DNA of 64,000 nucleotides. It comes from Octopus sinensis. Taxonomy: Eukaryota. This document shows positions 11,952 to 24,619 of this stretch, in pieces; position 1 is the stretch's first letter, and the number at the start of each line of letters is the position of its first letter. The stretch covers positions 45,818,001-45,882,000 of the forward strand of contig NC_043003.1 of assembly GCF_006345805.1 (NCBI RefSeq), given 5' to 3'. The translations under genes were made by a program, and so were the position numbers. The notes beneath the pieces were generated by a model. It had not been told where the DNA came from, made no database searches, and saw only the letters and a program-made list of their open reading frames with translations.

Positions 11952-12004
<53 letters not shown>

Positions 12005-12336
12005 TCCCAGCCTAATGTATTATGCATTTCAAAGCTACGAAAACTAAGTCGTTTATTGTCGTTTCCTGTATGATGTCAACGCCACCCTTAACAGATTTGC
12101 TTTTGTGTTTTGATACCGTAGTCACCATCAGCACAATCATCGATAATAATGACTGCCTTCTATATCATCAGCTTCATCATGAATTTCATCAGTGCATTTG
12201 TCATCACCATTCTCCAACATCACCACCATCATCACCATCATCATCATCATCATCATCATCCCAACTTCCACTAATAAAATTATCAGCTACAGCTACTTCA
12301 TCTGCAACGACTGCAGCGATAACAACAACAACAACA

Positions 12337-12368
<32 letters not shown>

Positions 12369-12669
12369 ATTAACCACTTGAATGATAACAACAAAAAACG
12401 CTATCAACTGCAACAGCAACGATATCATCTGAGACAATTCAAAACCAATGTGGCACTGGAACATTCTTTCCCCTTTTAGTTTATGTGAAACGACCCGGAA
12501 GTCTGTGAGTGCGTTTTTCCATATTTAGACTTGTTAGTTTTTATTTGCTTATTGTTTACGTAATTTATAGTTAAACAACAGCATTAACTACAAGAATTTC
12601 ATAGCAACAACAATAATATGGAAACAAATAGCTACAGGAGAAAATTCTTATATAAGCATAAGTTGAGAA

Positions 12670-13035
12670 CATTTAGGAGCGGTGCATGGATTATAACGAT
12701 CTCAGAACTTGATTGCTACTTTATTTTATCAATCCCAGAAGGGCGATCTCCAGTGTATTTGAATGCAGAGCGTACAGAATCGGAAACAATACCGGAAAGT
12801 ACTTTGTCCGATGTCCTAACATTCCAATCCGCAATTTAGTGCCACAATGTTTTCTGATTTACGGATAAGGCCAATATTTTTGAGGGGAGGGGAAGTCGTT
12901 ACAAACGAACTCAGTATTCGGGTATATTATTTCGGGATGGAAACAAAAGCTTACTCCAGTGAAATTGGAGCTCAGAATATAAATAGCCGGAACAAATAAC
13001 AGAAAACATTTTGTCCAAAACGTTCACAATTCTGC
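12670..13035 (-). mobile_element. Two highly diverged family A-like SINE remnants
   Basis: Degenerate versions of the reverse-complement motifs (..GGTACTTTATTTTATC.., ..GAACTCAGAA..). Confidence 0.4.
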
Positions 13036-13722
13036 TTATCGACATTATCTACTGTAATAATACTCTTGCGTTTTTCTCCGTCACAACATATGAATGAGAA
13101 AGGGAGGTGTGATAGATGAATAAGGAAGGGATGATGGCAAACTAGTATGTGGGATTATGGAAGTTCTACGATGAAAAAAAAACTCAAACAGCGTTTCAAC
13201 TCTGTGTGAGTATATGTTTGTATGTGTGTGCGCTTACAAGGGAAATATATGAATGTTTGTATGTGTAAACCAGCGTTCTTTCAGTAACAAACAAGAATCG
13301 ATGTCACATCTCAAAAGACAACCACTTGATAACATTGACAAGTGTATTAATTTGATTTACCATCCATATTTTATCTGTTATGTTAAGAATAATTATTACA
13401 ATCCCTCACACTTACACAAACATATACAAACTCATTAGAGACAGTAGTTATTGTCTGAGTGTATCAAGAATATAACACGACTGCAGTTGAAAGGTTTATT
13501 ATAAATACTCATATTATTTTAACAGTTTATACATGTCGCTAATTTATTTATATTAAGAAATGTTTACCCAGTGTTCTTTCAGTAACTATATATAAAATAA
13601 CCAGTGTTTTTTCAGAAACTATACATAAACTATCCAGTGTTCTTTCAGGAATTACCAATGATCGATGTCACATCTCAACTTTCAACTACTAGATAACATT
13701 GAGAAGTGTATTAATTTGAATT

Positions 13723-14007
13723 ACCATAAACAAATCGCAATGACTGAATTTCGAAAATGTTGGTATTTACTTGCCAGTTCCCGTATTTATTCAGGGCCAG
13801 CTTTATGTGGCCTTTAGTTGTACAAGAAGGAAGGAAATCTTTAAAATTCTTTTGAAGAAAACAAGCAGTCAAGGGATGTTAGTTGCGAATAGATTTTTCA
13901 CAAAAGAATTTGGTCATGAAAGAATTATTAAACTAAAAACTTGGTTTTGTACCTTATTTATATATACTACAATTAGCCATCATTTTTGGCGGCACGGTGC
14001 CAGCTAG
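13723..14007 (+). mobile_element. Helitron 3' remnant (Pif1-like helicase motif fragment and terminus)
   Basis: TINKSQ*LNFENVGIYLPVPVFIQGQLYVAFSCTR matches the Helitron helicase TINKSQGQ..VGIYLP.PVFSHGQLYVA.SR. Ends in the palindrome TGGCGGCACGGTGCCA followed by CTAG|T at 14004-14008. Confidence 0.8.
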
Positions 14008-14389
14008 TTTCATAATAATACACAATAATGCAAAAAAAAAAAAAGAAAAAATTGAAGAGAACGAAACAGTTGATTATAAAAAATCTAAATAACCACTTAG
14101 TTGACTGGTATTTTCTTTCATTGACTTTGCAAGAAAGAATGGCAAAGGTGACCTTGGCGGCTTTTGAATTCGAAGCGTAAATAGAGTGCAGATTTTATCT
14201 GACACAATAAGTATTCTCTCTACCCAATTTCTTAAATAATAAAATAAAAATATCATCGATTACAATATCTACAACCACAATCTGTGCAACAACATATTCG
14301 ACAGTGATAATATTTGCTGTAATATAACAACTTTGCTAACGATGTAAATGCTACATCTATAAAACCTTTGCCGTCTCTTAGTTTCTGTA

Positions 14390-14620
14390 TTTGTATTAGG
14401 TATCTCATTTAGTCACGAGCAGATATTGATGCGCTCTCTTCCATCCTTCAAAGAGAGAGGCATCGATAATTCACCCGCACTAGCCTGCTACTCACTTCGA
14501 GCTAATTAGAGTGTAGCCACGGAATTTTAAAATTACTTGTGCGCAGCGCAGCCCGGTTGAACTCACGATCATAGGAGTATGAATGCGCCCAATACTTTAT
14601 CCACCAGTCTAAGTGCTTGG
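14390..14620 (-). mobile_element. Diverged tRNA-headed SINE (separate family)
   Basis: Reverse strand has a tRNA-like head ..TGGTGGATAAAG..GATCGTGAGTTCAACC.. followed by a non-coding body. Confidence 0.4.
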
Positions 14621-14667
14621 TGGAGAGAGTGCTAGGCTCGTTAATCAATAATGTTAAGAGCAACACC

Positions 14668-14890
14668 AAGGCGGCGAGCTGGCAGAATCTCTAACACACC
14701 GGGCAGGATGCTTAGTGGTATTTCGTCCGTTTTTACGTTCTGAGTTCAAATTCCCCCTTCGAGGTCGACTATATCTTTTATCCTTTCAGGCTTGATAAAA
14801 TAATTACCAGTTGAACATTGGCGTCGATGTAATCGACTTGCCGCCTTCCCTGATCTTGCTGGCCTTCTGCCAAAATTTGAAACCAATATC
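14668..14890 (+). mobile_element. Family A SINE, short-tail type
   Basis: GGCGGCGAGCTGGCAGAATC..GAGTTCAAATT..GGCCTTCTGCCAAAATTTGAAACCAAT. Confidence 0.85.
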
Positions 14891-16499
14891 AAGATCACAA
14901 TATCAATAACAAAACACCTAAAGTCATCATCAATTACTACAACGCAATCAATAACCAGCACCACCACCCGAAATGGTAGCAAGAGCAGCAACAGCAATCT
15001 CACTAAGCACGGCAAGGCGTCAATATCAACAACTAAAACAGTAGAAATACAGTAGAAACCACAAGAGCAACAATAACAATAGTAACAACGGCAACAGTGA
15101 TATATCAACAATAAGAGCATAAAATTAACGACTCTCCTATATTTATTTTTAACCTTGATCCTTGTGTGTCATACTTCTGTGCTACCCGGTTTGAAACCCC
15201 GTTTTATTTGCCATACGCTAAATCGCTAGACACTCGCCGTGTGGATGGAAGACGGCGCGCCCATGACCGTTAAAGTTATTCTGCTAGAGATTGCTGTAAA
15301 AGGAAGTGGATATTAGATAATTAATCCCAGCAGTGCCTCTTGTTCGAGGTTGTAAAGATTGTGCTACGATGTAACGATTCACCAGAATAAGAAGGGTGAG
15401 TTAGACCATCCTAAGTACCATTAGGCTTGATAGTAGTAATAGATTCTTTTAGTTAATTGCGTAGCTTTTTTTGCAACTAGTGAAAGAATAGTTTAACGAA
15501 ATCAAACCTAATAAGCTACAGTTACATTTTTTATAGTTGTAGTTCCAAAATACCGACCTCCAGTTATTTTAGTCGGTCTAGAATTCAGAATCTTGAAGTA
15601 ATACACATTGAGGATTTAAAATGTTTATTGTTTATGAGATAAATCCAGAAATATCACATGCGTATTTGCTCTAACTGCTAGAAACTGCAGTCAAATTTCC
15701 TTCAAACCATACCTAATTCTCTTAAAAATGGAAGAAAATATAATGTAGCTATATACACGTGATCTGAGTGTAGAAATAGCTACAATTGTCTGGAAATAAG
15801 ATGGGCTGGTCATGACCAGAACGCTTTGATCACAGATCTGTTCGATTAAAGCTGATCTGGTGCTAAACAACAAGAATAACAATAATATTTTCTTACGTAC
15901 ACGGGTGGACCGAAAAGAATAAAAATGGGCGAACGAAATGCTTTGGCATTCATGACTTCTAAACAGTTATTAGTGTCAAACCTTGAATGGAGATCTGAGT
16001 TAAAGAATTACAACACAAAGGTATAGAAACTACAAGCTGTGGTGTTCATGTCTTTATTGGATTTTCATTGTTTATGTTATAAAACTTCAGCTGCTCTTTA
16101 AGTGTTGCAAGAGAAGTTCCACCCACCAAAAGATGTCAGGCCGCATTTCATTTAGGCTTTACCTCAGTAGTATGGCCTTTTCAGATCAGCAGTGATTATG
16201 ACGATAACAACAACACCACCAAAAACAAATATCATAACAACAGCAAAAACGAAAATAACGATGAAATTAGAAATAAAAAATGCTTCGGTAATAAAATAAA
16301 TTCTTTGAAAATTGTTGAAGAAAAACACAAAAATGAACTAAAATGAAATAAACAATTAATAGGAAATAGTCGTCTGGTGCATTTATTTTCAAAGGACACA
16401 AAATGCATTCCTTAGTGACAAGAGAGAAAATGAGAAAGAGATACAGAGTCAAAGGCAGAGGCAGAGAGAGAGAGTTGTGGGAGGTGCGTGAGGAAGGGA

Positions 16500-16720
16500 T
16501 GAGATGGGTGGTGAAATGAACACAAACAAAAGAGGGATGTCAAACAGGAAGTCGGCAAAATTAGGTGTAGAATGGCTGCCAATCGCAAAGCCGCGTTCTC
16601 GCGTTACGTTTCTTTTGTTGTATTAACGTTCTATTACTGTTGAGTTAAAAGGCTGGCTTTATTGGGCGTGGTCTCAGGATAACGTACGGGGATTTATGAT
16701 AACTTAAGTGGTTTAAAGAA
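16500..16720. promoter_or_regulatory. Candidate cis-regulatory module (non-repetitive, CpG-containing)
   Basis: CAGGAAGT (ETS) at 16545, CCAATC at 16579, ATTGGGCGTGG (CCAAT reverse plus KLF/Sp) at 16661, and Sox/Fox-like motifs. Motif reading only. Confidence 0.3.
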
Positions 16721-17635
16721 ATAAATAAATGCTGTATAACTTTAGGAACGTGGAAAAGGCCTGCCTTCGTATACTGACATTGAATCGATCATTCAATCAA
16801 ACGTAAATACACACATTCACAGATAAAAACAGATATTCGCAGCCACATACTTACTTGCAATACACATACATATAGTTGTATACACACACCCCGCACACCC
16901 ATATATACGCGTGCGTGTGTACATACATACTCAGATATGTACATATAAATATATAAATTTCTCTCCCTCTCTCTCTGTATGTATACATATATGCTTATAT
17001 ACAAACGTATATTATACACGTACGAATACTGATATATACTGTCACATGCAGTAAATATATGTTCCCATCTTTCTATCCATCTGTATATTTGTGTACCTAC
17101 ATACCTCGCTACCTACTTGATTACCTATCAAACGGTCTTCTCTAACTTAGTGAGTTGTCTCTCTGTCACTCTCTCCCTCTCTCTCTCTCTCCCTCTCTCA
17201 TTTTTTTCTCTCTCTGTTTAGTTACGTGAGTCTATGTATGGTGTCCCACAGCATGACCGCAGTCTAATGACAGATGCAAGTAAAAGATAAACGATATATG
17301 AGTGTATGTGTGTGTGTGTAGTGTATGTGTGTACATGTGTGTCCACGTGTCTTTGTGTCCGAGGTTCGTAAGTGTTTAGATTTGTATATGTGTTAATGTG
17401 TGATGATGTTGCCAACTCTCAATGACCACACAGCACATTTCACAATCAGTAAGTCAAACGTCACATCTAATGACGAACTGCACATCTGTCAATATATCCG
17501 GCAATGCATAGCTTTTTTTCTGTCGTACACGTAATATATCATTTTGTCCTTTGTCCTACTGTGTTTCACCAAACATAAAAATTTACTTTTCAGTCCTTCA
17601 TTCATCTCTTGTATTTACGTTGAATGTAATATGTG

Positions 17636-18015
17636 AGGGAGTGGTTGCATGGTAAGTAGCTTGCTTACCAACCACATGGTTCCGGGTTCAGTCTCTCTGC
17701 GTGGCACCATGGGCAAGTGTCTTCTACTATAGTCTCGGGCGACCAAAGCCTTGTGAGTGGATTTGGTAGAAGGAAATTGAAAGAAGCCCGTCGTATATAT
17801 GTATGTGTGTGTGTGTGTCTGTGTGTGTGTGTGTGCTTGTGTGTCTGTGTTTGTCCCCCTATCATTGCTCGACAACCGATGCTGTTGTGTTTACATCCCC
17901 GTAACTCAGCGGTTCGACAAAAGAGATCGATAGATTAAGTACTAGGCTCACAAAGAATAGGTCCTGGGGTCGATTTGCTCGACTAAAGGCCGTCAAATGA
18001 CTGAAACAAGTAAAA
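17636..18015 (+). mobile_element. Family B (CORE-like) SINE, full length
   Basis: Head, CORE-like domain, internal (TG)n and tail ending GACTGAAACAAGTAAAAG. Confidence 0.88.
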
Positions 18016-18114
18016 GTGTGTTCCTTATTGCTCTCTCCTTTTTCCATCATCTGCAATATCCTTTATCTCTCAACGGTTCAACACATCGTCAATTCTATTT
18101 CTATTATTAGCAAA

Positions 18115-18955
18115 CTTAAAGGCAGTGAGCTGGCAGAATCGTTAGCACGCGAGACAACATTTTGTCTGTGTTTATGTTCTGAGTTCATATTCCACCTTGG
18201 TCGCCTTTCTCTTTCATCCATACGGAGTCGATAATAGTACCTGTTGAGTACTGGAGTCGATGTAATCGGCTTCCGCGCTTTCTTGAAATTGCTGGCATTG
18301 AGCCAAAATATGAAATCTTTATTAATCAACTTAAAGTTGATGAGCTTGGCAGAATCGATAACACGCCGTGCGAAATGCTTTGTGGTATTTCGTCCGCCGC
18401 TGCGTTCTGAGTTCAAAATCTGCCGAGGTCGACTTTGTCTTTCATCCTTTCGGAGTCGATAAATTAAGTACCAATTACGCACTGAGGTCGATGTAATCGA
18501 CTTAATCCCTTTGTCAGTCCTTTTTTGTCCCCTCTATGCTTAGCCCCTTGTGGACAATAAAGAAATAAGAAACGTTAGCACGCCAAGCAAAATGCTTAGC
18601 GGTATTTCGTCTGCCGCTACGTTCTGAGTTCAAATTCCGCCGAGGTCGACTTTGCCTTTCATCCTTTCGGGCTCGATTAAATAAGTACTAGTTACGCACT
18701 GGGGTCGATATAATCGACTTAATCCGTTTGTCTGTCCCTGTTTATTCCCACTGTGTGTAGCTCCTTTTGGGTACTAAAGAAATAGGTATTTCGTCCATCT
18801 TTAGCGTTCTGAATTCAAATTCTACCGAGGTTGACTTTGCTTTTATCTTTTCAGGATCGATAAATTAAGTAACAGTTCAGAACTGGGGTCGATGCAATCG
18901 ACTTATCTCCTCCCCCGAATTTGCTGGTCTCGTACCAAAACTTGTAACCATTATT
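18115..18955 (+). mobile_element. Array of four family A SINE units (short, long, long, short)
   Basis: Repeated central domain at about 18200, 18425, 18640 and 18830. Confidence 0.88.
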
Positions 18956-19019
18956 AGTAAACCTATTAGTTGCAGGTATGGTTGTTGGTTTAACAAGATT
19001 GCGCAGCTAATTTAATGTC

Positions 19020-19572
19020 TCCGTCCACTCGTATAGCATGGTTCCATTGGCAAGTGTGCTTTAGTATAACTCCAGGCCAATCGATGCCTTGTTAGTGAAT
19101 TTCGAAGACGGATATCATGTAGGAGTCATCGTGAGTACGTACAGTCATGGCTATGTCGTAAAGAAACTTGCTTTGTAACCTCGTGTTTCCCAGTTCAGTC
19201 CGATAAGCGGCACCCTGGACAAGTGTTTTCTTCTACAGCCCCGGAATGATAAATGCCTTTTAAACGATCCTGGTAGACGGAAATTATGTGGAAGCCCGTC
19301 ATATATGTATGTGTGTGTGCGAGCGCGTGTCTATATGTGTGTGCCTGTGCGTGTGTGTGTGTGTGTTTGCGTTTGTTTTCGTCCCACCCCATTGCTGCTT
19401 ATGAACCGGTCTTGTTTGTTTAAACCGCGCAACCATAGCGGTTCGCCAAAGGAACCAATAGAATAACAAACAGGCTTAAAAATAAGTACTGAGGACGATG
19501 TTTTCGATTAAAACCTTCAAAGCTGTTTCTGAACATGGCTACCATCGAATGACTGAAACAAGTAAAAGATAA
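19020..19572 (+). mobile_element. Partial plus full diverged family B SINEs
   Basis: GGCAAGTGT..CTCC.GGCC motifs twice; tail GACTGAAACAAGTAAAAG at about 19570. Confidence 0.75.
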
Positions 19573-19649
19573 ACTATATGCATGTGTGCACACGTTCTTT
19601 TGTGTTTGTTCATTTCACTCCACTGCTTGACAACCGTATTGCTTTATTT

Positions 19650-19975
19650 AGGTCCCCATAAAAAGAACCTGAACGAATACATTTGTTCCTTCTCGAGCCG
19701 CCCCTGACTCATAAGGGCCGGTTTCCCGGTTTCCTTGGCGTATAGATTCCCCACCTGAACGGGTCGCCGGTCCGTTGCAGGTGAGCTGCAAGAGGAAAGA
19801 GTGAGAGAAAGTTGTGGCGAAAGAGTCAGCAGAAGTTCACCATGACCTTCCGCCGGAGCCGCGTGGAGTTTAGGTGTTTCGCTCATAAACGCACACATTA
19901 CTCGGTCTGAGATTCGAATCCGCGATCCCCCGACGGCGAGTCTGCTGCTCTAACCACTACGCCATTCTCCCCCAC
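19650..19975 (-). mobile_element. tRNA-headed SINE with V-domain-like segment
   Basis: Reverse strand: GGCGTAGTGGTTAGAGCAGCAGACTCG..GGATTCGAATCTC (A and B boxes), later GGACCGGCGACCCGTTCAGGTGG, resembling the V-SINE domain (inference). Confidence 0.65.
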
Positions 19976-20655
19976 GAGCTAATAAGTACTGAACTCTAAA
20001 TACATACTGAAGCCGATTTACATGACAATTCACTACAGTACCACCATCAAAGACGACCGCGGTCCAACGAATGGACGTGTGAAAAACTTAACATCATCAG
20101 CGAAAAATCTATAAATGTTACTGAATGAGTCCAGGTCGGTGACTGAAGATATTTCTGGTAGTTCCTCTATTTCATTTAAAATTTCCTCTACACCTACGGT
20201 TTAGATATAACTTGAAAAAACATTTTTTTAAATTCTAATTTAAAAACTAATATTATAGATATAAATGATCAATGAATTTAAACGATTCTGCACGATGGGA
20301 AAATAGCGACGTAGAAAGGAAAAAGATATGTTAAATGAATGAGAAAATATTCTGTCAGTGAAGAGTAAAATGTAAACCTTATTCCGAATTAAGAATTCAA
20401 ACTACAAAGAATTTGGTAATAATTTCTGATTATGAAAAGACGTTTGACTGATGGGCAACGGTAGAAAAATGTAAAACACTTAGATTTTTATCAATTTTAT
20501 GTGTTTTTAACTGTTTTCAATCACAATTTAAGATAGATATATGTGTTGAAATATATTTGTAATCGCGCAAGGACGTAGACATATATCTCTCATACACACA
20601 TAGAAGGAAGCACACATACATACAAACACACACACACACACACACAACACACACA

Positions 20656-20698
<43 letters not shown>

Positions 20699-20699
20699 T

Positions 20700-20900
20700 T
20701 CGTTTATTCTTTTATTTTTTACTTGTTTCAGTCGTTTGTCTACGACCATGGTGGAGCACTGCCTTTAGTCGAACAAATCTATCTCAGGATTTATTATTTG
20801 TAAACCTAGTGCTTATTCTATCGGGCTCATTTGCCGAACCGCTAACCACACTAATATCGGTTGTCAAGTGATTGTGGGGTGGGGGACAAACATAGACACA
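20700..20900 (-). mobile_element. Family B SINE, 3' part
   Basis: TTGTTTCAGTC..GGAGCACTGCCTTTAGTCGAAC..GGTTGTCAAG. Confidence 0.8.
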
Positions 20901-20920
20901 CAAATATATATACATATATA

Positions 20921-20956
<36 letters not shown>

Positions 20957-21116
20957 TGTATGTATGTATGTATGTATGTATGTATGTATGTATGTATGTA
21001 TTACGGAGATGTACTTACATAGCAAGTGACTTGATCTGAGATCGTGTGCTGAAACAAAAACGATTGCAATGTGGATGACGTTTGTAAGCCATTTAAGAAC
21101 ACACAAAAACCGTTAG

Positions 21117-21325
21117 CTTCTACTATAGCCACGAAGCCTGAAATTTTGCGAGAGGAGGTGGGTCGATAAAATGAGTACCTGTCAAGTACCTCATTGCTTG
21201 ACTGGTACCTTTTTATTGTCCTCGAAATAGCGAATGGCAAAGTAGACCTCAGTGAAATTTGAACTTAGACGGACGAATTGTTGACAAACATATAGCCCTG
21301 TGCGGCAACGATTCTATCAGCTCCT
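21117..21325 (-). mobile_element. Diverged family A SINE
   Basis: Reverse-complement motifs CTGGTACC..TTTATTG..GGCAAAGTAGACCTC..ATTTGAACT. Confidence 0.65.
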
Positions 21326-21332
21326 TAACGTA

Positions 21333-21366
<34 letters not shown>

Positions 21367-21689
21367 TTATATATTGAGAGTGCATGTGTGTTTGTTTATT
21401 GTAGATTTATGAAATCTGTAAACTCGCATGACACGTAACACTCGAATCCACGAACGCATTCATGTATACACACATACACGCTCGCTCGAAGCAGTAGAGA
21501 TTCAGTGCCCTGATGATTTGTTCATATTCTTCTAAGCTAATTCCAACAACTTTCGAATGAAATTCTGCGAAACAGTAACATTTCGGTGCAATTGTTTGGG
21601 CAAGCGTTGAGTGAAGAATCTTAAAGGAGTGCAAATATAATCCTAGACAGGAGGATTAAAAAAAGAACATGTGAATGAATCATGTCATG

Positions 21690-22330
21690 TGAGAGTGAGT
21701 GTATGAAGAGGTAAAGGAGTGAGTGTATAGAGAGTTGGTGTATGTGCAGCTAATTTGGGCTGAAGCACGTAGTCTCTTCATGTAACAGTAGATAAGATTT
21801 AAAAAGGTAACGCTATGTCTAAATCAGGGACTGTAGTGTATAAGTGAAGGAGTTTAACAACCAACTGGACGGTCATTCGTAGTTTCAGAGATATTTGAGG
21901 ATTGCAACAGTGCTGATACATTCATGCGAATCACAATCCAATGTGTGCATAGCTGGTGTATAACAGTGATCAGAGCTGAAGGATTTCATGGTTTCTAAGG
22001 AGAAGCTTAATATTTTGGCAGTGTTCCAGCTGGTTTGTGTGTAGGTGCCAGTAGCACTGTCGTCCAGATTATTTTAGCATTAGTTACTAATGCTCAGCTT
22101 CGTCGAAAATCAACGAATGCAGAAAGTTGATACATTTCCGGCTATAAATAAGCTTTATTTTTAGTGTTCAATGGTATATTATGTATGGTTGATGTAGAAA
22201 ACTTCAGAGCGAATGGATCCTCTCTTTGACAATTTTTTCGAAATTGTAGCACATAGATTGCGTAGGTGTAATGAAAGAATGGTTTCCTACTTTCTGGGAA
22301 GAAATTATTTGATACTGTATGCTAAGATTC
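21690..22330 (-). mobile_element. Heavily decayed CR1/L2-like LINE 3' region
   Basis: Reverse strand gives LRHSVTFLNLIYCY.., resembling the CR1/L2 post-RT motif L.HRR.VS.L..FYRY. Weak. Confidence 0.35.
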
Positions 22331-23323
22331 GTTAATACAGATGTGCGTTTATGCATGGAAGCAAAAAAGCCAAACTAGCTAATTTAGTAGTTTTCTTTTC
22401 TGTCCTCACGATTATGGTCATAAATGGACGAAAGAATACGATCATAGGAAGACAAGCGGCCAAAATGGGGTTCCTTCGAAGATACCCTCGTGTAACCTTA
22501 ATCGACAGAGCACATAGATCAGAGATCAGGGAATCAAGTGATTGTGGGGTGAGGGACAAACATAGACACACAAATATATATATTACGGATATGTACTTGC
22601 ATAGCAAGTGACTTGATCTGAGATCGTGTGCTGAAACAAAAACGATTGCAATGTGGAAGATGTGCTAGTACGTCACATTGAGAGATCACAGTACTGGTAC
22701 AAAGAATATTTGAGTAGAATATCGCAGGAAAGAATGGCAAGAGGGGATCTTGAAGCTGAGCAATCCGGCAGGAACCCGATTGGAAAGAGCAAAAACAAGA
22801 TTGTTGGATAATATCCATAGTCTTAGTTGGTCACTCTTGGTTGCGCCCGATAGGATCTTACAGACACTACCCCTAGGACACTCTCAGGAATTGTAGCTTG
22901 AAAAGATGGATGGATATGTGCGTGTATGTTCATGTGTGTGTATGTGTGTTCATATTTACATATTTGTAGTTTTTTGCTAGTTTATTTTGTCCTTTTGTCT
23001 TCTCTCCTGGTGCTGTATGAACATTTAATGTGATCTTACAGTCAAGTTTTGGCTGCTATTTCCAGCGTGGTGGTATCTCTTAGATACCCTAAACTATGAT
23101 TTTAATAATAATTAATACCTTTGAAGGTTTTTATTCCCATGCTGGTCACTTGATAAGATCCATATTTAAATTAATGATCTTATCCTTATTTATATAAATA
23201 TACATATATATACGTATACACATATATACATATGTATGAAAGTGTGTAGCCAGCCTAGTATACTGTTTAATTAACAGACCATGCAGCACATGATCAAATC
23301 CCTTCAATTCATGCTGCTCTCAT

Positions 23324-23395
23324 CTGTTCGACTGAAGATGTGTACTAGCATCAGGTAGAAGGCAAGCATGCAACTGAAACCGGACTGTCGTTCAG
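23324..23395 (+). ncRNA. Decayed hammerhead-like motif in a probable Penelope-like remnant
   Basis: CTGAAGA (23332), long imperfect stem II, GAAAC (23376), stem I with a 2x2 U-U loop. The cleavage triplet is non-canonical. Confidence 0.4.
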
Positions 23396-24265
23396 GGGTA
23401 ATATTGCCCTAACTATGCTATACTTATACGACATGGAACAAATTTTATAAGCATATAGGCCCATGGTAGATATAGTCTATTCATTTTCATCACTTCTTTC
23501 GCATTTAACAACACATTCAAAACTAAAAGATGAATTCCTATTATTTTGTCTTACGTTTAACGTTACTAACTTCAATAAATAAACTTACAGCTACATTTTA
23601 AAGCTGGCCTCATTGCGTTTGGTATCTTGTTAATCTAAGTTCAAAACCTGTCAGTACTCACATTAGCATTCAGCTATGAAAAATCTAAAAAGCAAGGAAG
23701 TTAAATTTAATAAAACCAATATTATAGCTGATATATATAGTCTCTATTCTCAAATTGGTCAATTTGGCGATGGCAAAAAATCATTATTTCTACCAACGTC
23801 TGTTTATTAAGAAGAACAGATAGTGAAGCATCGGTTAAACTTATCTCTCTCGGCTTGTTACTTCAAAATGTGGTCTGTACTGATCTTGGAATCATTCCAA
23901 AACTACACTCAGTAAAATGGTTGAAAATAGAAGATTGTTATCAGAGTTTTTAAACAACTTCTAAGTATGTGTAAATGAATTTGTAGACAATATTACCAGC
24001 GGTGGATTGGATATATGCTTATATCCATCCATTTATCTGTTCTATCTATATATCTGCTTGTCTGTTTGAATGTATGTCTCTTTTCAGACGACACCAATAT
24101 TTCTTATTACGCATAAATATATGTGTTAGTATGGCTGTTCATGTGTGTGTTATGGTGCATAAACACACACACAAACATATATCAATATATATATATATCA
24201 ATATCTATATCTATACATATATACATACACATATACATGTATATATACATATATTTACGTACATA

Positions 24266-24347
<82 letters not shown>

Positions 24348-24531
24348 TTATGTACATATGTTTACGTATGTGTAATGGATATTCATCATGTTTTCTACTA
24401 ACATCAGTATTTTTCCACTGCATACACACAACAGAATCATGGCCAAATACATGTGTGTGTTTGAAAGTCGCTGTGAGAGTGTACCTTTTTGTGTCTCTGC
24501 TCTTATGCGCACGGTTTCACTGCATAAATTC

Positions 24532-24608
<77 letters not shown>

Positions 24609-24619
24609 TATACTACACA

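Noticed and set aside
19900-19975. tRNA-like sequences here and at 28961, 31760 and the SINE heads
   Set aside because: A and B boxes are present but there is no complete cloverleaf, and each continues into a SINE body.
20035-20165. Short open stretch YHHQRRPRSNEWTCEKLNIISEKSINVTE* as a terminal exon
   Set aside because: Weak acceptor, no recognisable homology, and similar-length open frames arise by chance.
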